Assembly (NCBI GenBank): GCA_963796285.1
Contig: CAWCKW010000013.1
Span: 352,001 to 416,000 of the forward strand
Reading direction: 5' to 3'
DNA length: 64,000 bases
Source of the DNA: Nitrospirota bacterium
GTDB lineage: Bacteria > Nitrospirota > UBA9217
Position numbers and translations under genes: made by a program. The notes under the pieces were generated by a model. That model saw nothing but the letters and a program-made list of their open reading frames with translations, was not told the DNA's origin and did no database searches. Position 1 is the first letter of the stretch. The number at the start of each line of letters is the position of its first letter. Positions 62,820 to 64,000 of this stretch are shown here, piece by piece.

Positions 62820-63003
62820 CGAACGTCCCCTAGTACCTCAAGTTCTTTGTCCCGACCAGGCTGGACCGGAAGGGTTTTTTAACAGGATTACGGGAAATCA
62901 AGAACTGTCGTTGCCGGGCGAAACTGATAAAAGGATGTCGCATCCCGTCGATCCTGTTGTCCGTTCAAAGATCGTTTCCCGATGCGTCCACGAACACCAC
63001 CTG

Positions 63004-63498
63004 CTAGCTAGCTTGTTGGCCGCAGCACTTCTTGAATTTCCTGCTGCTGCCGCACGGGCAGGGGTCGTTGCGGCCGGTCTTGGGGGCTGCGCGGACAACC
63101 GGCTTCGGCATGGTCTTCCCCGCGGTAAAGTACCAGATGCCCTTTTCCTTCTTGAACGTGGACAGCTCGTGGTGCTCCTGTTTGTTCCCTTTCTCGATAT
63201 AGGACGCCACAAATTCGACCTGCCCCTCGCTGTCCTCCGGTCCCCCGGCAACGGTGTTCACTATTTTGATCCCCTGCCACTCCGCGCCCTCGGCCCAGGC
63301 ACGGGTGGCTTGTTCATCATAATCCGACCGGTGCTCGGGATGCAGTGAGGTGAGGATGTATTCGATCTCTTTCTTTACAAACGCGCTGTAGCGGGAACGC
63401 ATCAGCTGTTCCGCTGTCATTGCGCTTTGCTCGTTCTTTATCAGCGGCCGGCAGCATTCCGCGTATTCACTGTTTGAACCACAGGGACAGAAGTCCAT
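63004..63498 (-). CDS. ychJ: YchJ family protein with SEC-C motifs
   Basis: CPCGS...[11 protein letters not shown] and [17 protein letters not shown]. Confidence 0.93.
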   Translation of the reverse strand: MDFCPCGSNSEYAECCRPLIKNEQSAMTAEQLMRSRYSAFVKKEIEYILTSLHPEHRSDYDEQATRAWAEGAEWQGIKIVNTVAGGPEDSEGQVEFVASYIEKGNKQEHHELSTFKKEKGIWYFTAGKTMPKPVVRAAPKTGRNDPCPCGSSRKFKKCCGQQAS

Positions 63499-63847
63499 AC
63501 ATTTCTCCTTGGATGCTCTTGCAAATGGTCTTTATCGTTCAGGGTGGATGCGTTCCAACAACCCGCCCTCCGGCGGGCGGTGAAAAATATCATACGAAAA
63601 ACAGCGATGAAGCGCAACTGGAAAAGGACGGTGACGGGAAATAAAGGACCAGCAGCGGTCAGAGGGTCCCGAATACCGTCAACGCCGCACAATTGCTAAT
63701 TTTGCATTGATTATGGGCGGGTCATTGTGCTATATTTCCCGGTGCCTGCGAAATTGCGCCAAGAGCGCTTTTTTGCGCATCGCATCGCCTCATGGGCAGG
63801 CGTTCGAAGATTTTCGCAGTAATTCATCATACCCGAGGATAAAGCCT

Positions 63848-64000
63848 ATGTCATATCGAGCCTGGTTCCAATGCATCAACGAAAAGTGCAGCGAGCAGTA
63901 TCCGCTCAACACGGTCATCTACCGCTGCAAGGCCTGCGATTCGCTTCTGGAGGTCAGGCACGACATGCAGGCCCTTGCCCACCGCAGCGCCAAGGCGTGG
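63848..64000 (+). CDS. thrC: Threonine synthase, 5' part (runs off window)
   Basis: MSYRAWFQCINEKCSEQYPLNTVIYRCKACDSLLEVRHDM resembles the Zn-ribbon start of this ThrC class; catalytic motifs lie outside the window. Confidence 0.65.
   Translation, partial: MSYRAWFQCINEKCSEQYPLNTVIYRCKACDSLLEVRHDMQALAHRSAKAW

Overview
This is a 64 kb chromosomal window of an anaerobic, sulfate-reducing bacterium; gene style suggests Nitrospirota or Desulfobacterota (inference). The left 6 kb is an AT-richer, decaying integron: five attC-like sites separate minus-strand cassettes (DUF4145-like plus PD-(D/E)XK-like pair, membrane-anchored protein, DUF4238-like remnant, PIN-like protein, McrA-type HNH). It also has a candidate Pc/attI platform and a 20-codon stub where the integrase should be. 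A second cassette-like unit carries rsgA downstream of guaA. Core content is uvrA, nadB, glutaredoxin plus FTR-like reductase, a CDF transporter, guaA, an adk-sat-aprBA-qmoABC-CBS-hppA dissimilatory sulfate cluster and rdgB. Further right are a split spermidine-synthase-like pair with a Tat flavoprotein, chrB-like plus MFS, sppA, a SoxA/TsdA-like cytochrome, yjgA and the mercury-methylation genes hgcC-hgcA-hgcB. The right end holds pepN, rnhA, a multi-PAS hybrid kinase, a YkuD-MurC/Mpl fusion, ychJ and the start of thrC. Two IS remnants and many short-period repeat hairpins occur. Several single-base frameshifts in conserved genes look like assembly errors. I saw no tRNA, rRNA or CRISPR array. 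Family assignments are by motif recognition only; no database search was run.
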